Shown one piece after another: positions 26,584 through 40,249 of a DNA stretch of 64,000 bases. A program made the position numbers and the translations under genes. The stretch is from Octopus sinensis (taxonomy: Eukaryota). Position 1 is the stretch's first letter. Each line of letters starts with the position of its first letter. Where the stretch lies: assembly GCF_006345805.1 (NCBI RefSeq), contig NC_042999.1, forward strand, positions 145,328,001-145,392,000, written 5' to 3'. The notes under the pieces are model-generated. The model ran no database searches, was not told the origin of the DNA, and saw only the letters and a program-made list of their open reading frames with translations.

Positions 26584-27053
26584 TTAAGGCAAGACAAATG
26601 AAAAGACATAAAATATAATGATTAGTCACATTCCGGCTTTGGCGCGCCAAAACGAAGACATTTGAAATATACCCCCAAATATAATTGACAGAACTGTATG
26701 CATATTCTCTTTCGTGTGGACGTCTCGCGTATAGTTCTGACGGTCGCACTGATGAATTGCGGACATTCACGTATACAAATATGTAAATGGTAACAATGAA
26801 ATCTGGTATGTGACTAATTATTATATTTTGTATCTTTTCATTTGTCTTACGTTCTGGCGTTCGCCAAATTTTCTTGAGAATAATTTTTTCTTAGTAGTCA
26901 GACCATATAGGGTCTACATTTAGCATATTGGATGTCCACCTAGTGGGCATCCCTCTTATATGTATGTAATATAACTTTTCTGAACCTTCAGATTTTTTCA
27001 ATATGCTAGGTCTCTGGTTTAAATTGATATTAATCAATTAATATCAAATTTTT

Positions 27054-27744
<691 letters not shown>

Positions 27745-27848
27745 AAAATATATATATAATATAATAATATATATATATATAATTATATATATTATATATA
27801 TTATATATATATATAGTATATATATATATAATATAATATATATATATA

Positions 27849-27902
<54 letters not shown>

Positions 27903-28261
27903 TATATATTATATATATATATATATATATATTAATTATATATTATATATATGTGTGGTGAGGCAAATCATTGCTAAACCCTTGATTACTTAGTATATAT
28001 ATATATATAATTATATATATATATATTATATATATATAATATTATATATATATATATATATATATAATTGTATATATATATAAGCCACCCATAATTGGAT
28101 ACAACTCACCCACCAAAACTCACTACTTGAATGAACCATAACAAAAACCTGACTTAAACAGGATTCAAATAATCCTATCAGGTGGTTCTATTAAGTTAGA
28201 CATGGCCTGGACCAATCATTGGTCGAAACATATCTAAGTTTATCTAAGTTTATATATATAT

Positions 28262-28452
28262 ATAGCTACAGGCTGGAATGGTCAATTTTGTCGGTGGCCC
28301 TCCCATTTGATAGGGGCAGAAGGGAGTGCAACCTTTGTGTCTCCGAACTCTTCCATATTTTGTTTGCCAGAGGCCGGATGGTAAACGGACTTTTACAGTC
28401 GGCTTTTCGATGCCCCCATTGGCGGCGTTACACACATCTGGCTTTTAAATAG
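28262..28452 (+). mobile_element. PLE GIY-YIG C-terminal remnant
   Basis: LEWSILSVALPFDRGRRECNLCVSELFHILF...VNGLLQSAFRCPH. Confidence 0.8.
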
Positions 28453-29054
28453 CGTTTATAAATAATACCGGCACCCATAGCCCTTGGTAATAAATTCTGA
28501 AATAGCCTTTAAGATATTTACGATTAACCACTGCAAGGGGAATTACCCCTGTAAGATAAACGGGGCTTGGTTTTTTGACAACGGGGGGTTACCTTGACAA
28601 GGCAGGATCAGACGAACACACACACACATAAAACATTATATATATTTTTTTCTGCCACCCAACGGTTCTTACTGCAGTAGCCATTGTGGAGAGCGGTTTA
28701 GCCACTGACAGCCGAGCGATCAAACGCACACACGTACACAAAAAATGTTTTCTACCCCTACGCCAGCACACGCATATATAGAACAGTATACACACACATG
28801 TCTCTAAGTAGATTTTTTCTCGCCCCTTATAAAACATCCAATATTCTTTAAATAGTCAGAACTTTATTCTCGGTCACAAAGAACATCTACACACCCTCAC
28901 CCACATGTTTGACCGCTGCCTGACCCGTTAAAATCTTCAGCCACCGGTTCTCAACATACAGTGATAAGCAGTTTTGCCATGGGCTCTTAGGAGCCAAGTT
29001 CGATTTGTTTTGCTCCGCCTCTGTTCTGTTTTTGTTTTTTCCAACGGATTTCCT

Positions 29055-29145
29055 ATTTCTTCCTGAAGAGAAAGACACAATATGGTCTCATTATTCAATC
29101 GGATTTTGGTAAATTGTGCCTTTCGAAACACGTGTAGAATGAAAT
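29055..29145 (+). ncRNA. Type-I hammerhead ribozyme motif in the PLE 3' region
   Basis: AUUUCUUC-CUGAAGA-GAAAGACACAAU[31 nt]AUUGUGCCUUUC-GAA-ACACGUGU-A^GAA(U)GAAAU. Confidence 0.85.
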
Positions 29146-29435
29146 AAAACGATTTCTGTTCAATCTTCGTTCAGCTCCATTTCTTCAATTCACCAATAAT
29201 ATTTTAATTTCAATTATCCGCACCAACGCACGGTTGCAACACCATATGGTTGTACCTCCAACCGTGCTGTTTTCTGCTGTGATTTTTGCTACCAAGGTAT
29301 CGGTTAAACTTTTGATTAATCTGCTACAAGATTATTCATCTTTCTATTTCACATAATATATATATATATATATATATATTTATTATATATATAATATATA
29401 TAATATATAATTATATATATATAATATATATATAT

Positions 29436-29830
29436 AGGCTGTGTGGTAAGTAGCTTGTTTACCAACCACACGATTCCGGTTCAGTCCCACTGCATGGCAC
29501 CTTGGGCAAGTGTCTTCTACTATAGCCTCGGGCCGACCAAAGCCTTGTGAGTGGATTTGGTAGGCGGACACTGAAAGAAGCTCGTCGTATATATGTATAT
29601 ATATATATGCATGTGTGTGTTTGTGTGTCTGTGTTTGTCCCCCTAGCATTGCTTGACAACCGATGCTTGTGTGTTTATGTCCCCGTTACTTAGCGGTTCG
29701 GCAAAAGAGACCGATAGAATAAGTATTGGGCTAACAAAAGAATATGTCCCGGGGTCGAGTTGCTCGATTAAAGGCGGTGCTCCAGCATGGCCGCAGTCAA
29801 ATGACTGAAACAAGTAAAAGAGTAAAAGAG
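29436..29830 (+). mobile_element. Near full-length tRNA-derived SINE
   Basis: GGCTGTGTGGTAAGTAGC head with GGTTCAGTCCC B-box; ends GTAAAAGAGTAAAAGAG. Confidence 0.9.
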
Positions 29831-29860
29831 TATATATATATATATACCCTTATTGCTTAG

Positions 29861-29894
<34 letters not shown>

Positions 29895-29895
<1 letters not shown>

Positions 29896-30424
29896 AAATT
29901 AACAGAATGAGATAAAAATCTATTTCAGAACATTTATAAAGATGTCTTACAGCTGTTTCCGGGATATTTTAGATATCCCTCCATCGGAGACGGTGCGAGA
30001 GAATGGTTAGGCAATAGTTATTCTAGAGAAGACATAAAATAGAGAGTGGAGGAATGAAAATAGACGTGAGATATGCAGGGATATTGTATATGCAGTTCCA
30101 TTATTTAAGTAGAATCAAGTAGAATGGAATGCATATAAGTTTTCTGTACTTTATGTGTAAGTTCCAGGAAACTTAAACGTATACCATTTTGCTTAAATAA
30201 TGGAACTGCATATACAATATCCCTGTATATCTCACGTCTGTTTTCATATATCCACTTCACTCTCTATTTCATATCTTTAGAATCACTATTGCTTAACTAT
30301 TTTCTCGCACCGTCTCTGATGAAGAGATATATAAAATATCTCGGAAGCAGCTGTAAGACCTTCTCTTTATAAATGTTCTGGAATCTTTCACAGCCTTGGA
30401 TTTTTATCTCATTCTGTTAATTTT
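29895..30424. repeat. Fold-back element with a decayed hammerhead in each arm
   Basis: Arms 29895-30109 and 30192-30424; HHR motifs at 29944-29991 (-) and 30312-30359 (+). Confidence 0.85.
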
Positions 30425-30724
30425 TTTTATATATATGCATGCTAATACATGACCTACGTTGGACTCCTCGTTCGCATAATCACCGAACCTGGAGCTTAAC
30501 TATAGTCTGTCCATAGCACTTACTTAGCATTACCTGACACCTTTGGGTCTTCTTGACACCATTAACTCTTATAACCTATACATATACATACATACATATA
30601 TACATACATACATACATACATACATACATACATACATACATACATACATACATACACACATACATACACACACACACACGCACACATATGTAAATGTAAT
30701 ATGTGACAATTATTCGGTAGCCAT

Positions 30725-30785
30725 GATAAAACTCCGAGTTTCGGATGCCGGGGTGGAAATCCACAGCGCCATCTCTTCAGTTATC
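30725..30785 (-). ncRNA. Hammerhead motif inside a 37-bp perfect inverted repeat (30697-30733 / 30807-30843)
   Basis: GAUAA-CUGAAGA-GAUG[..]CAUCC-GAA-ACUC-G-GAGU-U^UUAUC. Confidence 0.65.
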
Positions 30786-30941
30786 CGGCCATCGGAAATA
30801 AAAAAAAGTTTTATCATGGCTACCGAATAATTGTCACATATTATATTTGCAGATAAATTCCTCTATTTACATAATATCGAGGTCTCTTTCATTCTTTTGT
30901 TGTCTTACCATTTTTATCAATATATATATATATATACACAT

Positions 30942-30985
<44 letters not shown>

Positions 30986-30991
30986 TATATG

Positions 30992-31101
<110 letters not shown>

Positions 31102-31589
31102 TATATATATAATCGTTGGTGTCTCTGCAGTTAAGTGTGGTATGAGAGACTGATATTAAATAAATGATGAGCTATCAAAAATGTAAGAATAGTATAACTG
31201 ACAATATGAATTTCGTTTGTGAATTGTCTGTTAATGTTAAACCGTATTGACAGAAGAGGTGACACAGCTAGGTTGGCAGTTACACTGGCAGACAGAATGA
31301 GACAGAAAGATGGATAGGTAAATGGATAGAGGGAAAAGCAAATTAAATTAAGTTACAAATATCGATAGAGTGTACTTCATTGCAGGGTAATTTGTTATTC
31401 TTGTCTTGATTTATGATAATGTTCTTTCTGAAACTTTCTCTTTGCTGTGAATGTGCGCAAAAATTTACTTATGTGCAAATTTTTTCTTTTTCTTTATTTT
31501 TGCTAAGTATGTACGCATCTATGTAAGTAATTGTCTTCGATTTCTACCACCTTCTCCACCCACTATTCCTGGGAGGGTCCTCAGAAACC

Positions 31590-32200
31590 TTTTCTATACG
31601 GTCCAGCTGAAGCAACTGCCATTAGATTTTCCGGCTGGATTATCAAGCTTCAACTTAAGTTGTAGACATTATCCAACCGTTTCATTTTTAGACTGACCCT
31701 GAGTCTCTTGCCGGTCCACTCGCCTTGAAGAACCTGTTTTGCGATTTTTTCCTGTGACGTTCTAATCACATATGCATAGTGTCAGAACTGTGACCTCTTA
31801 ATGCGTAGAAGTAGCGGCTCGACATGGAAAGACTTTCTGATCTCTGGGCTACGCAACCTGTCGAGTAACGTTATTCTGAGAGGCCCTTCCAAGGAACCCC
31901 ATTTCGGCAACTTCGCGATTGTAATCTTTCGGTCATTACTCAGCATTCGCCATCATTGATGAGGATAGGCAGGGAAACTGATTTGCAGATTGCGAGTTTG
32001 ACTTTTTTTTTTTACCAAACTCTCCAGCTTCCGTCTCGAACGTACGTTCACTACTTCACCAGGTACAGATGAGCTCGAAAGAGAACGTCCTTATCCTCGG
32101 TTGGCCGATCCTCCCACCTGCTATTCGTTCTATCCTCAAGTGAGAGCTCTCTAACTTGAAAGATTGACGAACAGACTGAATGCGATCGACGCCCACACCC
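31590..32200 (-). mobile_element. RTE-clade LINE RT C-terminal fragment
   Basis: KVKLAICKSV..PIL...WVMTERLQSR..AEMGFL...IRKSFHVEPLLLRIKRSQ, with frameshifts. Confidence 0.8.
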
Positions 32201-32241
32201 AGCACTGTTTCTGTTAAAGAACTGCTTCGACATGCCGAAGC

Positions 32242-32661
32242 TACTCTTTTACTTGTTTTAGTCATTTGACTGTGGCCATGCTAGAGCACCGCCTTTAGTC
32301 GAGCAAATCAACCCCAGGACTTATTCTCTGTAAGCCTAGTACTTATTCTATCGGTCTCTCTTACCAAACCGCTAGGTTACGGGGACGTAAACACACAAAC
32401 GTCGGTTGCCAAGCGATGTTGGGGGACAACACAGACACACAAACATATACACACATATACATACACACACACACACACATATATCTATACATATATACGA
32501 CGGGCTTCTTTCCGTTTCCGTCTACCAAATTCACTCACAAGGCTTTGGTAGGCCCAAGGCTATAGTAGAAGACACTTGCCCAAGGTGCCACGCAGTGGAA
32601 CTGAACCCGGAACTATGTGGTTCGTAAGCAAATTACTTACCATACAGCCACTCCTACGCCT
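32242..32661 (-). mobile_element. Full-length tRNA-derived SINE
   Basis: Reverse complement of the 29436-29830 family, including head and tail. Confidence 0.9.
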
Positions 32662-32899
32662 GTACACCTTCCGCAGTGCTCCTTACTACAGCCACTTATC
32701 AGTATTCACTGATCTCGGCACCTGTATCCAACGGTGGCCACGTATCTCTCTTCACTGATCTCGATGCCTGTATCCAGGATCGCATGTTGACATCGACGAC
32801 CCTGGATGGCAACAGACCTCCCCCCCACTCATCAAATATGGCAGCCTCGGTCTTCGATCTCCCATCTCACTGGCTCTGCTAACCTTGCTCTCGTCAGTG

Positions 32900-33780
32900 A
32901 CCTTTTGCTGTGTCCTCAGTAGCAGAGTTCTTCACAACACACTTGAACCGTCTGTGATTGGGGAAAGCGAGGCGGCCTATGCAACATAAAGCCAGTTTGC
33001 TCTGCGCCCTGGTAATGCTCCCCCTTTTCCCCTCTGTGTACGCCCAGTCCTCTAAAAAGAAATGGGATGCCACCCAGTGTAACATGATCGCAGAGAAGTT
33101 AGTGTGCCAACTTGATCAATACCATCTGGTATGTTTCCTCTCAACCTCTGACCTCGCAGCGGAGCTTGGTTCAGTTCCACATCATCACTCGCAACTGGTA
33201 CTCAGGCATTTCCCTGAGGCTCAGAATCCAGATCTGTGAACCTCATGAATGCCGCTGCAGAACCCCTGTGGAAGATTTCGGCCTCCACGCTATGCTCCAT
33301 GCATAACGAGATCATAAAGCATGACCTAGCCGCTGCAGACTTCCCTTCCCATCTCGAGACAGCGGGGTTACATTGAAAGGACGGTAAAAGGCCGGACTGT
33401 ATGACAAACTTTCCATTCCGTCACAGCAGCCCCTTCATCTGGGATGTCACATGCTGTGATAACTTTTCCAGCGGCAGCTTGGTGCAGTCAACTATCAGCT
33501 CAGGATTCACTGCTCGTCAGGCTGAGAAAAGCAAACTGTCAAGGAATCGGTCACTCTCCGACAGGTTTATGGTTGAGTCCGTGGCAGTGGAGACTTCCGC
33601 CGTTCTTAGCACCCAGATCATGTCGCTGCTTACCATCGCTATTGAGGCGGAGATGGCTGTTCGCAAGTGCGGCCCCCGCGAATCAGAGTGGCTGTTTCAG
33701 CGCATCTCCCTCGCCACCCACCTGCAAAACGTCTTTTCGATTTTGTCTGCTCGGGCCATGAGAAACGTTTCTTAATAAAG
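32900..33780 (+). mobile_element. CRE-clade non-LTR retrotransposon 3' part (restriction-like endonuclease)
   Basis: MHNEIIKHDLAAADFPSHLETAGLH*KDGKRPDCMT...FIWDVTCCDNF...AEKSKL...VAVET...PRESEWLFQRISLA. Confidence 0.85.
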
Positions 33781-34249
33781 ACATATAAACAAACATAAGA
33801 AACCAAAACAAAAAAACAATGGATAAGAATATCAAAAGAAGATAAACAATCACCATCTCTTGTATATGTCACAGTTCCACTTCAAAGAAAACCAGTGACA
33901 TATCATATGCTGAACATCCTGTCAGTTTACAAACTTAATTTATTTTAGTTATATAGTATCACGACCACCGTCTTTACTCTTTGAAGCCATTAAGAGAAGG
34001 TATTGAATTAAGAAATTGACTTGCTTCCAGACCAGACATACATATATGCATAAACGTACATTTATTTAATACTATCCTTTCAGGGTCGAGAAAATAAGTA
34101 CCATTTGAGCACTGGGGGGGGGGGTCGATCTAATCGACACAGTCACTTATATTTCTGGCCTTGTACCAGTCTGTCTGTCTGTCTATCAACCTCGGATGTT
34201 CAGACTAAATCTGACAGTTATGTAAAAGAAAAAGAAAACAAAGCATCCC

Positions 34250-34915
34250 ATCTACAAATAAAAGCATTCTAAAAGTTTCAAAATATTTCAACTAGATTTT
34301 GGCTGGCAGATAATAGTTTACTGAAAGTAACCGCCCTTAGCTTTTACCGCGGCTTCAAAATGACTTCGAAACTTGGCGCATGCGTTCCTCATTGTGTCCC
34401 TGGAAGGATTTAACCCCTTCTTGACTTGGGTCACCAGTTCGGCTTTGGTCTTGCAAGCAGAGCAGTTGGTGTCTTTCGCAATCATGATCCACACGTAATA
34501 ATCCATAGGATTACAATCGGAAAGATCAATAGGCCAGAAATTGGGGCTGATGAAGCCATGGAAATTCTCAATCACTTCTGATTCTCTCCGGAGAAAATTA
34601 GAAAAGAATTACAGGTATGCTGTTTCGCACTGAGTACCAAAATGACGACATTATGACTGCCGTTCGATTTTCGGCGAGCACTATAAACGCTGTAAGACGT
34701 GACAAGGACGTCATGAAAGCAGTTTTTCCAAAATTGTGATGGTCTTTGCGTATGTATCCAATGAGGGTGATGTCATGCCGCTCCACATCATTGAACAGGG
34801 TCTTAGGCTCAATTCAAACGGCCATATAGAGTTACTGGAGACAGTGGTCCATCTACAGTTGGAAATGGTCGCTGCTGGAAGACTATATGTATAGCAGTAG
34901 GATTCGGCTCTTTGC
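34250..34915. mobile_element. Rearranged mariner DD37D-type element
   Basis: C-terminus FWP...DCNPMDYYVW...KGGYFQ* on minus (34318-34575); middle part VMVFAYVSNEGDVMP...LNSNGHIELL...VAAGRLYV on plus (34712-34915). Confidence 0.8.
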
Positions 34916-35328
34916 CACAGATAGAAGAATTAAGGCCAATAGGCCGGATATAGTTGTCACAGATCACCAAAAAAAAAAAATGCTTTCTAATCGATATATC
35001 AATACCAACTGATAATAATGTTTCTCTGAAAGAAACGGAGACACTTTCAAAATACAAAGACCTGGAAATAGAGGTGTGGAGTCTAGAAACAGAAACAATT
35101 CATATCATAGTAGACGAATTAGGTATAAAAATCATTCAGACAAATACCTAACAAAAACACCAGGACTAACAAGTATATGTAACATACAGAAAATAACACT
35201 ACTAGGCACAGCACACATCTTACATAAACAATTTCAATACAGTAAAAATACACAACAAACCACAGCACATACCCAAAGCACACAGAGCTGCGCTCGGTAG
35301 TGCAGTGAAAGCATGTGATGCAAAGAAG

Positions 35329-35330
<2 letters not shown>
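34915..35330 (+). mobile_element. R4-like non-LTR 3' end (REL endonuclease) ending at (CTA)n
   Basis: TDRRIKANRPDIVVTDHQKKKCFLIDISIPTDNNVSLKETETLSKYKDLEIEV. Confidence 0.85.
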
Positions 35331-35410
<80 letters not shown>

Positions 35411-35511
35411 ATACTGCTACTCCTACTCCTCCTCCGTCCTCCGCCGTCCCTCCTCCGTCTCCTCCTCCTCCTCCTCCTCCTCCTCCTCCTCCTCCTCCTC
35501 CTCCTCCTCTC

Positions 35512-35611
35512 NNNNNNNNNNNNNNNNNNNNNNNNNNNNNNNNNNNNNNNNNNNNNNNNNNNNNNNNNNNNNNNNNNNNNNNNNNNNNNNNNNNNNNNNN
35601 NNNNNNNNNNN
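35512..35611. other. Assembly gap (100 N)
   Basis: Run of N. Confidence 1.
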
Positions 35612-35745
35612 AGTCTAGAGTGGCAGTCCTTGGTACAGTTGCTGCACACGAACATCGAGGGTACGTGGGGTGCTGCTGCAGTTGTCCTCCTCCTGTTCCG
35701 CCTGTCCAACCACAGCTGTGCTCTCTCCTCTCCTCAACCATGGAA
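35612..35745 (-). mobile_element. RTE-type LINE extreme 3' end
   Basis: MFVCSNCTKDCHSR, a C-terminal cysteine motif cut by the gap. Confidence 0.6.
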
Positions 35746-35829
35746 ACGCCTTTCCTCACTTATATATACATATATATATTATATATATATATATATATTA
35801 TATATACAATATATATATGTGTATATATG

Positions 35830-35899
<70 letters not shown>

Positions 35900-36699
35900 G
35901 TGTTGGGGAGAATCATTTTCTTTTGTGCCTTATAATTAACACACTCACCATTGAAATTTCCACTTATTTATAGCTAGATACACCTACTCTTCAAATACGC
36001 ACACATACACACACACGCACGCACACGCACACACACGCACACACACACACAAATTCATGCACACTCCTGAAACTCTCCTACATACGCCTTCTGTTTCTCA
36101 TTTATACATGCATATACATACACATATACACACATCTCGGTACGCACAGATATCCGAAACCACAATCTTACTCGCCACGCACAATTACACACACGTACAC
36201 TTACTCACATATACACACATTGTTCAATATTCCGACACTCTTCAGAAATACGAGAGTTGCGCGCGCGTATGAGTGTGGGTATATCCAAATTTGCTGTAGA
36301 TGTCCAGCTACAGATTTCGGTAAAGAGCAATAATATGCAATTTTGTTTCTTATAATAATGACAATAATCATAACAAGAAAGAATAATTATTTGGAGGAAG
36401 AATATTGTAATATTTGTAATGGGATAGCCAACACTATATACTGTATCAATTGTCGTGTTAGAAGAAGGAAGACCGATTGAGAAGCGGTGGAGAGGCAGTG
36501 ATATCTGTAGGTAATATCGGGGAAGTCGCTTAAACGATCCAAATTTAATTTTAGTGGTCAGCAAAGGCGACAAGCTGGCAGACTTGTTAGAGTATCTGAC
36601 AAAATGCTTACAGACTTGTGTTCTGCTTTATATTCTGTGTTCAAATCCTGTCAAGGTCGAATTTGCTCTTCATCCTTTCCGGATCGATAAAATATATTT

Positions 36700-36900
36700 C
36701 TTTACTACCCACAAGGGGCTAAACACAGAGAGGACAAACAAGGACAGACAAACGGATTAAGTCGATTACATTGACTCCAGTGCGTAACTGGTACTTAATT
36801 CATCGACCTCGGCGGAATTTGAACCCAGAACGTAATGGCAGACGAAATACAGCAACGCATTTCGTCCGGCGTGCTAACTGTTCTGCCAGCTCGCCGCCTT
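36700..36900 (-). mobile_element. tRNA-derived SINE
   Basis: Reverse complement AAGGCGGCGAGCTGGCAGAACAGTTAGCACGCCGG. Confidence 0.85.
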
Positions 36901-37558
36901 AAAATAATCAACCAATAAAGCTGGGATCAATGTAATCGGTTTGTCCACTCCCATCAAAATTGCTGATCTTGTGCTAGAAAGAAAATTTTTGAGGTCAGCA
37001 GAATTCTATGTGATATCAGCAGATCACAATTTTCTATTTTAGTTTTCCCATTTTCTGTGTTGAATTTTCCCATTTTATCTGCCGTGTCGCCACATTTCTC
37101 TTTGAAATATGTTATGTAAATCTGATTGAATACTAATGTGACTGTTGTTTTTCAGTTTTTGGTCTCAAAGGGTAGATTCTCATGAAGTGTGTACTGTAGA
37201 TTACAATACACACTCCATGTTTAAAGAATTGAAAAAAGGAAGACACAAAATTTCAGTAAATAAATAAATACATCCGTATTGTATTTCCACAGAAATATAC
37301 ACATGATCTCTGTTTTGGCAATATGTTTTTATTTTTACATGAATCTAAACTGCTATTTGTACATTCAATAACGGATATTTAGATGCTTAAAAACGTGTAC
37401 TTAGAGAAACATTTTCATTTTTCATGTTTTTTAGAATTTGAATTAAAATTTCAAAGCATTTTTGTTCCTTTTCTGTCAATTTGGAAGATTGAATGAAAAC
37501 ACTTATGACCACTACTGGCAGCTGCCTGTATATTACGAGTAGGCGTGTGTGTGTGTGT

Positions 37559-37599
<41 letters not shown>

Positions 37600-37612
37600 G
37601 CGTGTGCGTGCG

Positions 37613-37660
<48 letters not shown>

Positions 37661-37718
37661 GGTCTGTCTATCTATCAATCTGTCTATCTGTCTGTCTGTC
37701 TATCTATATCTTCTTACG

Positions 37719-37782
<64 letters not shown>

Positions 37783-37831
37783 GTGTCTTTAGGTGGGATA
37801 GCTGTGTCCTTCTGTGATGAGTCTATATATA

Positions 37832-37886
<55 letters not shown>

Positions 37887-38416
37887 AACTCACAAAATGA
37901 AGTAAACACATATATCCATATCACGTGATTTTGAACTCTGATAAGTAACTTAGTTCACATCAGTGGATCTTGCTGATTGTCCGCGTTGAAAGGGTAGCCC
38001 GCCTCGTGCAACTCATGAAAAAACTGCTGAAAGCTTGTGCTAATTCAAAACGGTCGAAGTGTATAGTATAAATACCCTTTTAACCATCATCATCTATTGA
38101 TAGTTTCAGTGTGTAATAAATAAATTATGTCTACATCTCTGCACTAAATATGAATGCTACACATTATATAATACAATTGTATATTTAGAAAACCAATGCA
38201 GGTAAAAAAAAAAAAAGAATATTCCCATCGATCGGATCTCCCAGAATTCGGTTGCATAAAATTCTCCATTACACTCCTTATTGGATTACTATGTCGCCTG
38301 CTAGCCGAGTCCTCTAGATGAGCTTCTTGTGATAGCTACACAATTCTACGAATCCATATATTACACTACACACACACGCGCGCGCGATGTGCGCGCACAC
38401 ACACACAGACACACGC

Positions 38417-38470
<54 letters not shown>

Positions 38471-39031
38471 CTACTTGAACTCGTGGAAACTCATTATTCC
38501 TTACGTATGTAATGAAAGCAATGCATATATACTTATATAGTTTCTATTATATGAACCAACAACGTCACAAATAAATTCGCTCCACTGAACATATATAATT
38601 ATGCCTGTTTATAAGCTTGCAAAATGTCTGGGTACGACTTACTTCTCTTGCGCACCATACACGGAACACTAAGATAACTTTCCATCCTGATGTCAATATG
38701 CTTAAATATAGCCATACACATAAAACCGTTCCCTGCATACGTTAACACATACACACACGTATGTATGCATGTATGTATTGTCTGTATAATATAATATAAT
38801 ATAGTATAGTATAATATATAAATATATAATAATAATAATAACAGTTTGTCTAAGCTCCATGCCACGTAAAATTACGTAGGCACGGAGGACGAACCAAATT
38901 AATTTGGCATCTACCGAGAATCTGTTAGTAAAGAATATCTGTTAACTCCTACTAAATGTGTTGAGCGTCAATTTAAGATTGTTGCCTACTCACTCTTGTC
39001 TCTCTTTCTATCTCTGTCTGTCTGCCTCTCC

Positions 39032-39083
<52 letters not shown>

Positions 39084-39159
39084 GCCTGTCTGTCCCTGTC
39101 TGTCTCTCTGTCTGTCTCTCTCTGTGTCTCTCTCTCTCTCTCTCTCTGTTCTCTCTCTC

Positions 39160-39242
<83 letters not shown>

Positions 39243-39308
39243 TATATATCATATATATATATTATATATACATATATATATTATATATATATTATATATA
39301 TATATAAT

Positions 39309-39340
<32 letters not shown>

Positions 39341-39544
39341 CATATGTATACACGCAGCACAACATGTATATACTATAATTGTGTGCGCAAATACATGTAC
39401 GACTGCAACTGTTGAGTTTAGAGCTCCACGCAGGCTATCATTATCCAGTCTGCTTCCAGAACAGTGGTATAGCTATGACTAAACTTCGTCGTATTTTGGT
39501 TTATTGTAATTTATCGTGTAAATATATATATTTGTATATAATTT

Positions 39545-39805
39545 AAAAATAGGATAAAATCTTTATAAGAATTTATCAAGTAGTTAGCGTGAGAAACCTC
39601 ATAAGAGAAAAATCCACCAATTTTTCTCTAAGTATTTTTATTTATATTATATAGAGGGCATTTGCAGCTGAATTCTGTTTTTAAGTGGCTTGCTTCGAGA
39701 GTTGCATTCTCCCGCTTTCGGCACGATGTGTTTATTTATGTTGGTAGTTTTGACTTTAAGAGTCCCTCCCAGCGTGTGGCATTTATGTATAGTAATGCCC
39801 TCTAT
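39545..39805. mobile_element. Rearranged fragments of the AATGCCCTCTA-terminated family (see 54818-55997)
   Basis: Shares AAACCTCATAAGAGAAAAA, TATAGAGGGCATT and GTCCCTC...AATGCCCTCTA with 41208-41504 and 54818-55997. Confidence 0.75.
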
Positions 39806-39823
39806 AATATATATATATATATA

Positions 39824-39861
<38 letters not shown>

Positions 39862-40249
39862 CGTGCGTGTGTGTGTGTGTATGTGTGCGTGCGTGTGTGT
39901 GTGTGTATACACACACACACACATTACAGCCTGCCTAGTGGTGGTCTGGCCTTGGGCTGGACATTACTGTGAACCTTCTCCACCACTTTCTATATGATCT
40001 GGGAGGTCTAGTACTCCCTTGCCGCTCTTAGACTGATTACAAGAACTTTGGCTACCATGACTAGACCTGCGATGAATACTGGAGTGCTTTCTCGTTGCCA
40101 TCTCCAGGCAGCTGGGATTTGAACTCAGAATGTAGAGAAACGGAAGTGACATCCTAAAATATTTCTGCCGACGCGCAGATGATTCTGTCACACTCCTGCC
40201 TGTAGAGCAACGTGAAGCACTTTGCTCAGAAACACAGCGCTTAGCCTGG

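Noticed and set aside
26590-26850. Weak inverted repeat with an internal CTGATGA
   Set aside because: GAAA absent; too decayed to call a ribozyme.
28900-28925. Minus-strand CTGAAGA
   Set aside because: Candidate triplet ends in G and there is no stem I.
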